From Cyclobacteriaceae bacterium (GTDB lineage: Bacteria; Bacteroidota; Bacteroidia; Cytophagales; Cyclobacteriaceae): DNA of 64,000 nt. The notes under the pieces are model-generated. The model saw only the letters and a list, made by a program, of their open reading frames with translations. It made no database searches and was not told the origin of the DNA. The stretch covers positions 1,664,158 through 1,728,157 of the forward strand of contig CP129487.1 of assembly GCA_030584025.1 (NCBI GenBank), read 5' to 3'. The position numbers were made by a program, and so were the translations under genes. Below, piece after piece: positions 1-9,210 of the stretch; position 1 is the stretch's first letter, and the number at the start of each line of letters is the position of its first letter.

Positions 1-1416
1 AATCTTCCCCAAAATGGCTGCATACACATTGATGAGTGTCTTCATAGCCGCCACAAGGAAAGCGCCAGAGCCACAGGCCGGGTCGAGAAGTGAGAGGTTG
101 GGTAACACGGCCGTTTCACCCACCACCAGTTTTCGGCAGGTGTCTGCGTTAAGATCAATCAATAAGTCTTCAATGCGTTCGTAGCGTTTGCGTTTTTGAA
201 CTTCTTTGTTTTTAGCAGATAAAGGAGTGGGCTTACTCAGCAATGCGGACGAACCTTTTACTTTTTCAATTACCTCATCGTGTTCGCTGGTATCGGGGCC
301 GTTGATGGCATCAAGAATTAGTTTATAAACCGTTTGTTCGCATAGGTACTCGGTAATTTCGGTGCGCGTGTAGTAGGCGCCAAAGGCTTTCTGGTTAATG
401 TACTTTTCAAAAATGTAACCCAGCACATCGGGATTCAGTTCATTGTCTTGTCCGCCCGGGGTGTCGTTCAAATTCCAACTGTAGGCTTTAAAGAGTTCCA
501 GCAGGTTTTCAAAGGCTTTGTCGGCAATTTTAATCTTGCCGTTGTATTTCTTTTCAATTTTATGTTGCAGAAACAAACCACCGTTCAGGTATTTGATTTT
601 GCCAATCAGTTTGTTGATTTCGGCAGTGCGGCTTTTTTCTTCTTTAGCAAAACCCTCGAAGAACAAGGCCTTTAGGAATACATCGTAGTACTTGTTCTTA
701 CCTAACTGTTTCTTGCTGTATTCGAGTTTGGTTGAAAGATAATCGGCATCACTATTGTCAAGAAAGAATTTGCGTTGCAGGAAGTAGATGAACATTAATC
801 GGTTCAGGATAACCGAAGCATACCATTTGCGGTCGTTCTCATCGCTGATGCCCTCAATGAATTCCAGAAAGCCGTTAAACTCATCCTGGTAGCTTTTGTA
901 GAATTTCTTGGTAACTACTTCTACATCCAGCGCAGCTTTCATTCGTCCGGCTACTTCGGCAATGGGCACATTACCGTCCTTGTCAAAATCACTCAGGTCA
1001 AATACGAGTGCAGAAAGTTTGGCAATAAATAAATCGCCCGGTTGCCCACGCATGTAGAAATGATCGCGCGGCATCATCTTCTTATCTTGCTTTTTCTCCC
1101 AATGCCAGATGCTTTGGCTTCGGTCTTTATCCACAAAAATGCAAACGTTCTCAAAGTTGAGATCACGAATAAATTTTGAAACTTCCTTACGTTGAGAGGA
1201 GTCAGGGAGCGAACCATCCGCCATGGTAATTTCATATACCACAGCACCTGAGAGTTCGGCTATTCGCTTTCTTGTGAATGAAATATCTTTGATTGTTTCC
1301 TTAATAGTTGTGGTGGACTTCGGTGCGCTCCATCCCAATTCCTCGCGGAAGAGTGAAGCAAAGTCGAAGTTTTGCAGGGCGATTCGGGTGCTTTCTATGT
1401 TGAGTTTCTTAGCCAT
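1..1416 (-). CDS. N6-adenine DNA methyltransferase, PglX/Eco57I-like (COG1002-type). Only the N-terminal 472 codons are present; the gene runs off the left edge.
   Basis: Absent from the ORF track because it is open at the window edge. My own minus-strand translation from the ATG at 1416 gives MAKKLNIESTRIALQNFDFASLFREELGW...RLMFIYFLQRKFFLDN...FGAYYTRTEITEYL...LLDPACGSGAFLVAAMK (SAM-binding motif I), with no stop down to nt 1. It overlaps the stop of the upstream ORF6N gene by 8 nt. Confidence 0.8.
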   Translation of the reverse strand, partial: MAKKLNIESTRIALQNFDFASLFREELGWSAPKSTTTIKETIKDISFTRKRIAELSGAVVYEITMADGSLPDSSQRKEVSKFIRDLNFENVCIFVDKDRSQSIWHWEKKQDKKMMPRDHFYMRGQPGDLFIAKLSALVFDLSDFDKDGNVPIAEVAGRMKAALDVEVVTKKFYKSYQDEFNGFLEFIEGISDENDRKWYASVILNRLMFIYFLQRKFFLDNSDADYLSTKLEYSKKQLGKNKYYDVFLKALFFEGFAKEEKSRTAEINKLIGKIKYLNGGLFLQHKIEKKYNGKIKIADKAFENLLELFKAYSWNLNDTPGGQDNELNPDVLGYIFEKYINQKAFGAYYTRTEITEYLCEQTVYKLILDAINGPDTSEHDEVIEKVKGSSALLSKPTPLSAKNKEVQKRKRYERIEDLLIDLNADTCRKLVVGETAVLPNLSLLDPACGSGAFLVAAMKTLINVYAAILGKI

Positions 1417-1957
1417 TTTTCGGATTGATTTTAAAGCCAACCGGTGTGCGATCTTTGATGGCTGGTTCTAATAGTTCTTTTATGAGGTTGTAAATAGACG
1501 CAATGTCTTCATTGTTTTCCATTTGTGCCTTTTCCAGCTTTTCGATTTTCTTTAGCAGGTCCTTATAGCCAATGATCATCTGGCGCATCTTCACGAAAAG
1601 CCGCATGATTTGAATGTTTACGGCAATGGCGCGGGGGCTGTTCAATACGCTGGAAAGCATGGAGACACCTTGTTCAGTAAAGGCGAACGGGGCATAACGT
1701 CTGCCACCTCTTGTACTTTTTGAGGTCACAAATTGTGACCTCAAACTATCCCACTCATCCGCGCTAAGTTGAAACATGAAATCATCAGGAAACCGGTCAA
1801 GATTTCGCTTAACAGCCTGATTCAAAACTTTTGTATCGACCTCATATAGATCTGCCAGATGAAAATCCAGCATGACCTTATGCTTTCTAATGACAAAAAT
1901 CTGGGCGTAGATTGCTTCTTCAGATAACGTTATTTCAGCTTTTTTATGTTTTCCCAT
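1409..1957 (-). CDS. ORF6N (KilA-N-related) DNA-binding domain protein
   Basis: 182 aa. The segment IFVIRKHKVMLDFHLADLYEVDTKVLNQAVKRNLDRFPDDFMFQLS...RYAPFAFTEQGVSMLSSVLNSPRAI is the typical ORF6N signature. The gene lies between the helicase and methylase genes on the same strand. Confidence 0.8.
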   Translation of the reverse strand: MGKHKKAEITLSEEAIYAQIFVIRKHKVMLDFHLADLYEVDTKVLNQAVKRNLDRFPDDFMFQLSADEWDSLRSQFVTSKSTRGGRRYAPFAFTEQGVSMLSSVLNSPRAIAVNIQIMRLFVKMRQMIIGYKDLLKKIEKLEKAQMENNEDIASIYNLIKELLEPAIKDRTPVGFKINPKNG

Positions 1958-2026
1958 AGTTATGCTTTAAGGTGCCAGATCGGCTCCTTTATTATTTTCT
2001 GAAGTCATAAATAGTGACATCAAGTT

Positions 2027-5000
2027 CTATGTATTTTTTAATCCCATGGAGCAAATAATTTGTGGTTCGCGCTTCACATCAGGTTCATTGGAATGTATGC
2101 ACAACCGGTCTTCTTCACGAAGGGATACCACCAGGTTTGCGAGTGTACTATCATCAGCACCTGCCTTTAATTGACGGCCAATAATTTCTTTGGCCGCTTC
2201 TTTTAATGGAAAGCGATAAATGTCATCAATAGCACGGCTTAGTTCTTCCGTTACAAATAGTGTATTCTTAAACTCCTCATAGTATCGCTTTAAGTGCATG
2301 TAAATACGGTATCGCACACTGGTTTGTCTGCCCAGCTGTCCGCCAACATTATTTTCAATGTCTTTAATGTAGTCGAGTGCTTTTCCCAGCAAGGCATGAT
2401 GATTATCCAATTTATAAAGCGCTTTTGTATCAGGCTGACATTGTGCGGCCTTTAAAATGGTGAGTTGAGATTGCGTAATGATCTCTCCTTCTTTATTAAC
2501 CCAGGCAAGAATATCGTTATCATCTGCTGTTCGTGAATACACAATCACACCTTCTTTTTGTGGTTCATCGCTATTCTGCTTAGTGGCATAGACCACATTG
2601 GGCATATCGGGTATGGTCTTCTGAAGGCTAGGGTCGTGGTCTGTTGCATTTTTCCAGATCTGGTAAGCATACGAGGCCAGATCGACTTCACCATCATCTT
2701 CTTCATCCAGAATGCCGGATTGTTCGCTATAAAGCGCTTCAAGCTGACTTCTGATCTTTTGGTTATCAAAAAAGATTTCATCCGGAGAACTCAATACTTC
2801 ATCGCTTTGCTCTAATCTGGTTTTAAGTCGTGAACGTAGCCGGATAATCTTTTCAATTCCATCTTCGGGTAAAAACGAATAGCAATAGATTTTCTCTGAT
2901 TTTTGTCCAATACGATCCACACGTCCTGCCCGCTGAATCAATCGGATGATAGCCCAAGGCAAATCATAATTTACGATTACGTGGGCATCCTGAAGGTTTT
3001 GACCTTCACTGAGTACATCCGTACTTATCAACACACGAATTTCTTTATCTGCAGAAGTTGAAGCACGCTTTTCATTGCTTACCGGGCTAAAACGATAAGC
3101 AAATGAAGTGGGATCGTCAGCATCACCGGTAACACATTCGATGTCTGCTACACCTCTCTTTTGAAGATTCTCTTTTAGATAAATGGCCGTGTCGGCAAAT
3201 TGAGTGAATACCAAGACCTTTTCTTTACCGTGTTTTTTCTGAATTAGATTTTGCAATGTATTGAGCTGCCGATCTTCCTTAGGATTCCAGTCTTTGCCCA
3301 AGTGGAGTATTTTCAAAAGTTCGCGACTATCGGATAACAATGCAGCTTTTAGTTTCTGTGAAAACAAATGACTGCCAATCCAATCAAAACGTTTGTGATA
3401 TTTCCTATTTAGAATATCATAAACGCGCTCAGCCTGATTGAAGTAATCATCTTCATCCAGAATCAGATTAATTTTATCACCATTATCCTCTAAAGCTTCC
3501 TGATCTTGATCCTCCAGATAGTCATCCAGCATGGCCACGTCCTGTTTACCAATAGGGAAGGGGAGTTTGTTTTCAATGGCATAAATGAAAAGGAAGTTCC
3601 TCAGGATATGCCTGCTGATGGAGAGCAGGAAGGAGTGACCACTGCTTTCCAATCGCTTAAAAAGATTAGTACGGGCAAATCCTTTAAGTCGCGCGCCTGC
3701 ACGACCAAGATTCGCCTGAATTACGAGTTCGTCTTTGGTAGCCGCTGGTACAGGCTGCTGCTCCATGTAAATATCCAATCCCAGACCATACCGAGGAAGA
3801 TTCAAATGATTGATGATTTCAACGATTGAATCGCTATATAACTTGGCGTATTGATCATGTGGATCATTCTGGTCAAAGTGATACTCAACCTTTTTGGGAA
3901 TCCGTTCAGGGAAGAAGGAGCGAGTGCCGTCAGCAAAAGTCAGAAACTTCCTGCCTGTCGCTGAATCAGTTTCAGTATAGTATTGTTTAATGAAACTTCT
4001 TGTTCTACGCACGAGGTATAAGCGCATCAATTCACGCCAATCATCTGGGAAATGACTCTTTTCAAAAGCTGAGATGCTACGAATAGGCGTTTGATATTTG
4101 CCTACGAATTGAACTTTGCCGCCTATGCTTTCTATGAATTGTTCTGGGGCAATACCCAAATCAGCTTCTTCGGGAAGAAATAGACGAAGCTGGTTTGATA
4201 AATCAATGTAGCTTTTATTAAACGGTGTTGCCGAAAGCAAAATCACTTTGCTATCATTCAAATGAATATATTCCTGAATAGCTTTATACCGCTTGCCCTC
4301 ACGATTTCGAAGGTTATGACTTTCATCAATGATGACAAGGCGATATCGCCTCATTTTAGGCAGAACTGTTTGTGCTTGTGTAACCGAGATAACTCTTGCT
4401 CTTAGCTGATACTTATGCACATAATCCTCCCACATGTGCACAAGATTTTTTGGACAGATGATGAGTGTCTCTAGAAAGAAATCATCCTCAAAAACCTTAG
4501 CAAGGGCTGTGGCAGTAATTGTTTTACCTAATCCCACCACATCACCAATGATAACGCCACCACGTTTGTTCAAGTGATGCGCAGCCACTAAAACAGCTTT
4601 TTGCTGAAACTCCAATAGTTGCTTTTCAAAAACGCGTGAAAGTTTAAACTCAGAAAGACCAGATCGTGCTTCACGACTTAAGTGGTAAGCTATTTTTAAG
4701 TAGATGTGAAAGGGTTCTAAAAGTTTGTCGGCAGCCCAACTGTTATCAATAATGTGCGCGAGTTCCTCAGAAATATCAATGCAAAACTTATCATCCCATC
4801 TGTCATTGAACCATTTCGATAGTTTGTTGCTTGCATCTTTGTCTAACACATCAACATTCAATTCACCTTGTAAGGAGAGACCGGAAAGCGTTAAGTTGCT
4901 GCTTCCTACATAGCCAATGATTGGATTGATCTTGTCATCCCGGAAACAGAGGTACAATTTGGCGTGCAGGGGATGACGGAGAAAGAGTTTAACCACAACT

Positions 5001-5599
5001 TTACCTTTCTTGATCTGATTGGATAGTTGCCTTAAGCCTCGTTCATCATCTTCTGTGGGGATACCAATGGTAAGCTGCTCTCTAAACTTTTCAGCGAGTT
5101 TTTTCCGGATGAGAATCGCTTGCTGATTATCGATGGGCTGTTGCTCTATCCTTGAGAAATACTCCTGGATTAATTCGTCATCCGGCTTTTGCATTCCTAC
5201 CAAAAGCCGACAGCGGTTATCATCATTACCTTCCCAGCCTTCAATGTACCTGGCAACCTGTTTCCATCCACGAAGATTAAAATACCCAACACAGAAATCG
5301 GCACGTCTTGAAACTTCCAGTGAATCCTTTAGCCCTTGAATAAGATGGTTCTCAATGTTGTCGAATATAACTGGCATCCGTTGCGCGTAAGAAGTGGGAC
5401 AAATAGGGTCAAAGTCTAAATATAAGGTTTTCGGGTCAAAAACTGCGATTTTTAGGCCCAAAGTACGATTATCCTGTAATGATATTTGCTTGTTATGACA
5501 TTTCATGTCACGTGTGGTGAAGCCTATTGCTTTCAATCCAACCAACCCTTTATGTTTGGGTATGGCGTTGGTAAATGGGTTATACAAGATTAAATTCAA
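2027..5599 (-). CDS. PLD-family nuclease domain fused to an SNF2/SF2 helicase. The start is possibly at 5377.
   Basis: 1190-aa ORF. There is a single HxK...GSxN PLD motif (HPLHAKLYLCF...GYVGSSNLTLSGL). SNF2 motifs are I GDVVGLGKTITA, II IIDESHNLRN and VI QRAGRVDRIGQ. Family-typical N-termini resemble MPVIFDNIENHL...DFCVGYFNLRGW, which begins at the internal Met at nt 5377. Confidence 0.85.
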   Translation of the reverse strand: MNLILYNPFTNAIPKHKGLVGLKAIGFTTRDMKCHNKQISLQDNRTLGLKIAVFDPKTLYLDFDPICPTSYAQRMPVIFDNIENHLIQGLKDSLEVSRRADFCVGYFNLRGWKQVARYIEGWEGNDDNRCRLLVGMQKPDDELIQEYFSRIEQQPIDNQQAILIRKKLAEKFREQLTIGIPTEDDERGLRQLSNQIKKGKVVVKLFLRHPLHAKLYLCFRDDKINPIIGYVGSSNLTLSGLSLQGELNVDVLDKDASNKLSKWFNDRWDDKFCIDISEELAHIIDNSWAADKLLEPFHIYLKIAYHLSREARSGLSEFKLSRVFEKQLLEFQQKAVLVAAHHLNKRGGVIIGDVVGLGKTITATALAKVFEDDFFLETLIICPKNLVHMWEDYVHKYQLRARVISVTQAQTVLPKMRRYRLVIIDESHNLRNREGKRYKAIQEYIHLNDSKVILLSATPFNKSYIDLSNQLRLFLPEEADLGIAPEQFIESIGGKVQFVGKYQTPIRSISAFEKSHFPDDWRELMRLYLVRRTRSFIKQYYTETDSATGRKFLTFADGTRSFFPERIPKKVEYHFDQNDPHDQYAKLYSDSIVEIINHLNLPRYGLGLDIYMEQQPVPAATKDELVIQANLGRAGARLKGFARTNLFKRLESSGHSFLLSISRHILRNFLFIYAIENKLPFPIGKQDVAMLDDYLEDQDQEALEDNGDKINLILDEDDYFNQAERVYDILNRKYHKRFDWIGSHLFSQKLKAALLSDSRELLKILHLGKDWNPKEDRQLNTLQNLIQKKHGKEKVLVFTQFADTAIYLKENLQKRGVADIECVTGDADDPTSFAYRFSPVSNEKRASTSADKEIRVLISTDVLSEGQNLQDAHVIVNYDLPWAIIRLIQRAGRVDRIGQKSEKIYCYSFLPEDGIEKIIRLRSRLKTRLEQSDEVLSSPDEIFFDNQKIRSQLEALYSEQSGILDEEDDGEVDLASYAYQIWKNATDHDPSLQKTIPDMPNVVYATKQNSDEPQKEGVIVYSRTADDNDILAWVNKEGEIITQSQLTILKAAQCQPDTKALYKLDNHHALLGKALDYIKDIENNVGGQLGRQTSVRYRIYMHLKRYYEEFKNTLFVTEELSRAIDDIYRFPLKEAAKEIIGRQLKAGADDSTLANLVVSLREEDRLCIHSNEPDVKREPQIICSMGLKNT

Positions 5600-5758
5600 C
5601 AGGCGTTACCACCTCATGCGGATAGGTACGCCTAGCGGCAAGAAGATGTTTAAGCTGGATCATGGAGATTGGGAACCCTTAGAGAAACTCAAAAAGCCTA
5701 CCTGGCTGGATTTATGAAATGAAATATGATTAGCTTTAATTATTAACGCAAAAGAAAA

Positions 5759-6430
5759 GTGCAGCACCCGTGGCGAATATATAAGTACTGTAATTCACTT
5801 CATGGTGCATTAAAAATTAACTTTCTCATCAAACAGGGAAATTTCGATTCTGATTCTATTAACGTGGATGGGTTATTCATTCATGGATATGAAAAGATTG
5901 ATAATAATGATAGGACAGCTCATATTCATGATAGAGATATAATACTTATTCATGAATACCCTGGTAAATGTAATATCAAGGTACTGGGCAAAGCCGCTGT
6001 AACCAAGGCTATTATTAGAAGGTTCAAGCCAAAATCTGATCGATCAGTAATACTTTGTGGTAATGCAGATAGTTATTACAAGACCCTTGCAAAGTCACTA
6101 GGAATTGAGGTCATCGTTATGCGGGAGCAAAAACACTCGGCTACAAAAGTTCAAGTTGAGGAGAAGAAAAAAACAACACTCAAACCTGTTCATGACTCTA
6201 ATTATGAAAATATAGTTGAGAGCATTAATACAAAACTTCCAAAGAAGAAATTTCTTCCACAAGTATGGAGTAAGTTTCAGGGTATGACTTACGGTGAATT
6301 GGCACGCAGTTACCCTCACGTACTTTTGAAATTTATCAACAAAAGGAAAGAACTTGATATCCCTGCTGAAGTTTTCGAAGAACTGATTATGATCGCTTCA
6401 ACTGAGATAAGTAGACAGATGGAATCATGA
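5759..6430 (+). CDS. Hypothetical protein, with weak degenerate NYN/LabA-like resemblance
   Basis: 223-aa ORF with a GTG start, in an AT-rich stretch. LFIHGYE...SVILCGNADSYYKTLAKSLGIEVIVM loosely resembles the NYN segments fIDgeN...lvSGDSDf..l...G..V.v, but the acidic residues are replaced. No confident family assignment. Confidence 0.4.
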   Translation: MQHPWRIYKYCNSLHGALKINFLIKQGNFDSDSINVDGLFIHGYEKIDNNDRTAHIHDRDIILIHEYPGKCNIKVLGKAAVTKAIIRRFKPKSDRSVILCGNADSYYKTLAKSLGIEVIVMREQKHSATKVQVEEKKKTTLKPVHDSNYENIVESINTKLPKKKFLPQVWSKFQGMTYGELARSYPHVLLKFINKRKELDIPAEVFEELIMIASTEISRQMES

Positions 6431-6532
6431 TGGTTTTTTTAGAAAACAGGGAAGGGGTTTTAGTAATTTCCTAGAGGCAACCACTATCGTAAGCTGGTGT
6501 TAAATCAAGTTACTATCACAGCTTAGCCTACT

Positions 6533-6913
6533 TTACTCTCCGTATAAAATAAAATCAAAATAGACTGAGTCTCCCTTACTCATACGGACCATCTTGTAAT
6601 TGGCGGCCAGTCGACCAAATACGTTTGGTTCATCTACATATGTAATGGTTAGTGTCTGACCAATCAGCGATGAATCAAATTGATGAAAAATGGGTTCAAT
6701 GTCCCGATATCGTATACGGTAGCGCGTATTATCTAATGTATCATTTATAGCAAATATTTTAGGATACATTTCTACGGATCCGACCATAACATCCTTTGTT
6801 TTTGTAAATGATTGACGAGGCATGGAACGAACTAGGCAAGTCCTAAATTCCAGTGCAATAAATATTAGTACAGAACTAATAATTACGATTTTAATAATCT
6901 TTTGTGTGTTCAT
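6533..6913 (-). CDS. Hypothetical N-terminally membrane-anchored protein
   Basis: 126-aa ORF with one N-terminal hydrophobic helix (IIKIVIISSVLIFIALEF). No recognisable motif. Confidence 0.4.
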   Translation of the reverse strand: MNTQKIIKIVIISSVLIFIALEFRTCLVRSMPRQSFTKTKDVMVGSVEMYPKIFAINDTLDNTRYRIRYRDIEPIFHQFDSSLIGQTLTITYVDEPNVFGRLAANYKMVRMSKGDSVYFDFILYGE

Positions 6914-7412
6914 AAATCGATTCTGTTGAGAAAATTCATACTAATTACATTAACAATTAAAATATAGATAATTAAAATACCAAGGCTTTGTAAATCTATT
7001 TCGCTGACAGGCTGGCCATGTAAAGGTATAATGTTTCTACTGGTTGTTAATGGTTAATGGAGTAATGAGTTTATTAATAGGTCTTGCTATGTCGATGTTT
7101 GACGCTAGAATAAATTCGATAAAATAAGTAAATATAAAAGCCTTTCCTTCAGGAACCGTTTAGCTATTTATCCCGCAAAAAGTAATGTGTTACGATAAAG
7201 CCTATCTGGCTAAAAATGTCACTTCTTCTAAATAATGCGACCAATGAAGCTTGTTTGGGCTTGTGTAACTACAAGAATTGAGACTTTCTCTCTTAATAAT
7301 TGATACTGAATTACTTTTTCACAGCAGTAAATGCGACTAAAGAAATCATAGAAAATTTATTATATATAAAGAGTTAATTATCAGATAGTTAAAAAATTTA
7401 TCATACTAGAAA

Positions 7413-7643
7413 ATGTCCCATCAAATTTCCATTGAAATCAGTGATAATGGCATTGGCATGGACGGGGCAATTAAGGCGAATGCTTTTCAGATGTTCTTCA
7501 GAGGCCATGAGAAATCTCAAGGTATTGGATTAGGGTTATTTAAAGTCAAGATGATTGTTGAGAAGTTAAAGGGAAAATTGGATTTAATATCAGATGAAGG
7601 AACAGGTACAACCGTGAAGATGATTATTCCGTTTTCAAACTAA
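7413..7643 (+). pseudogene. Histidine-kinase HATPase_c tail fragment (3' remnant)
   Basis: The 76-aa ORF contains only the G1/G2 boxes (ISDNGIGM...GIGLGLFKVKMIVEKLKG...GTGTTVKMIIPF). It has no HisKA or sensor part. It is preceded by about 500 nt of AT-rich non-coding DNA. Confidence 0.6.
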
Positions 7644-7784
7644 GGAATGTTTTACTATTTGGATACTGAATTCAGAAACTCACTGAAATCTTTATAGGGC
7701 GCAAGATATGATCTTATTTTATGGAGAGAACAGTAAAAATGGGTTATCAGATAATGGCTTAAGTTGGCTTTGAGGAAGAATAGA

Positions 7785-7814
7785 GCCCAGGATGGGCCCT
7801 ATTTTTCAATTTTT
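7785..7814 (+). terminator. Weak hairpin plus T-run
   Basis: GCCCA-GGA-TGGGC followed by CCTATTTTTCAATTTTT. The stem is only 5 bp. Confidence 0.3.
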
Positions 7815-7852
7815 GGTTTGCATTTTTCGAATTAACTTAAATGCGAATCATT

Positions 7853-9187
7853 TTAGTTGAGTTTATTCATGATTAACTTACGTGAAACAAATTCCCCTAT
7901 TTCGTTTCCTAGCTTATTACTGACTTCGCACGTATGGTAATAGTGTATGCCTCCATAAAATCTGGCCCAGATATTTTCTTCAGCGGCATGACGAAAGGAG
8001 GTAAAGGATCTGCTGGGGATTCCGAATTCTAACTCTGTTGTATCTGTAAAGGCGATCTGATCACCAAAAACTTCCGTAAGTACAGCGGCAGCTGCTGCTG
8101 AGGTGGTGGTATGCCCGGCTGTATATTCTGGAAAAGGAGGTGTTTGTAAATAGGGACGCCACTCAGGATCAATATGTTGGTTGATTACGGTTTCAGGTCG
8201 AACATAACTGTGTTCATATTTCTCGTTCCAGCATTGTATAAAAGCTTCAAATAGCGCTATGGATGTTTTAGCATAGGCACACACCAGTTTTGGGAAATCA
8301 GCTTGTACAGCAGCGCCTCCGATACCAGCAATCCCCATCCAATGACCCGGTGGTGAGAATTTTTTGGTCGAGTACATAACGTGACCGACTACATTTAGTT
8401 TGAAGGGATTGTCATCCCAGAAGTCAGCCATATGTCTTTGATCGTCAGTAAGGGTTTCGCTGGCCCTTTTAAGTTTGACTGCTTCTTGGTAGAATGCACT
8501 ACTGGTATCCGAAACATTATATGGAAATGGGGGAGGTGCTGAGATTTGATTGGCGCTATCCATCACCAAGGGCCGTATTTGATTCCAGGCGGGTTCAACT
8601 GCCTCTGCATACATGGGTGGGGTAGGAATCCAACGGCCAGGTTCTTGCGTAACGTTGAATTTTATAGCAGTACGTGTTTGCAAATAGTTATCATCTTTAG
8701 CCCAATCCAATATGGCCTGTGCAATGGCGGTAGAAAATTTTTCTGTGGCTTTAAGTGTTGCATTAGGCATACCGAATTGTTTGGCTTCCCGTTTTAAACT
8801 ATCTACATACTTTTCTAACAAACTTTCAGAAAAAGTTAATTCAACACCTACCTTGCAAAAAGCAAGCACAGCTGCAAATTCGAAATCAATGCTTTTCGTA
8901 TTTTCAGGTTGAGGCATGGGTTTTAAACCATTCAGTTGTCCTGACAATGACTGAAACTCTTCAGGATACCCCGCTGCAATGCATTCATATGCCGCAATAT
9001 TGGCATAAGTGTAGTTGCGGTTGGCAACCGGTGGAGTAAAATTATCGTGCATGACTACACGGTTAAGTTCAAATACTGTTTGGGTATATAATTTAGTATT
9101 TGTTGTAAATGCCCGGTAATCCTTTGTTTCGGTCGAACAGCTAAAGCAACATGCAGCTAGCGAAAGGATGATTAAATAAATTCTCAT
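7853..9187 (-). CDS. PAP2-superfamily / vanadium-dependent haloperoxidase-like lipoprotein
   Basis: 444 aa. Lipoprotein-type N-terminus MRIYLIILSLAACCFSC. PAP2-like motifs are YVRPET, PEYTAGHTT and ARFYGGIHYYHT. Confidence 0.7.
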   Translation of the reverse strand: MRIYLIILSLAACCFSCSTETKDYRAFTTNTKLYTQTVFELNRVVMHDNFTPPVANRNYTYANIAAYECIAAGYPEEFQSLSGQLNGLKPMPQPENTKSIDFEFAAVLAFCKVGVELTFSESLLEKYVDSLKREAKQFGMPNATLKATEKFSTAIAQAILDWAKDDNYLQTRTAIKFNVTQEPGRWIPTPPMYAEAVEPAWNQIRPLVMDSANQISAPPPFPYNVSDTSSAFYQEAVKLKRASETLTDDQRHMADFWDDNPFKLNVVGHVMYSTKKFSPPGHWMGIAGIGGAAVQADFPKLVCAYAKTSIALFEAFIQCWNEKYEHSYVRPETVINQHIDPEWRPYLQTPPFPEYTAGHTTTSAAAAAVLTEVFGDQIAFTDTTELEFGIPSRSFTSFRHAAEENIWARFYGGIHYYHTCEVSNKLGNEIGEFVSRKLIMNKLN

Positions 9188-9210
9188 AATATATAATTCT
9201 CACCGTTATT

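Noticed and set aside
7709-7721. Short palindrome AAGAT-ATG-ATCTT downstream of the kinase fragment, with ends like the operator.
   Set aside because: The spacing is wrong (13 bp against the 20-bp family), no gene start is nearby, and it is a single occurrence.
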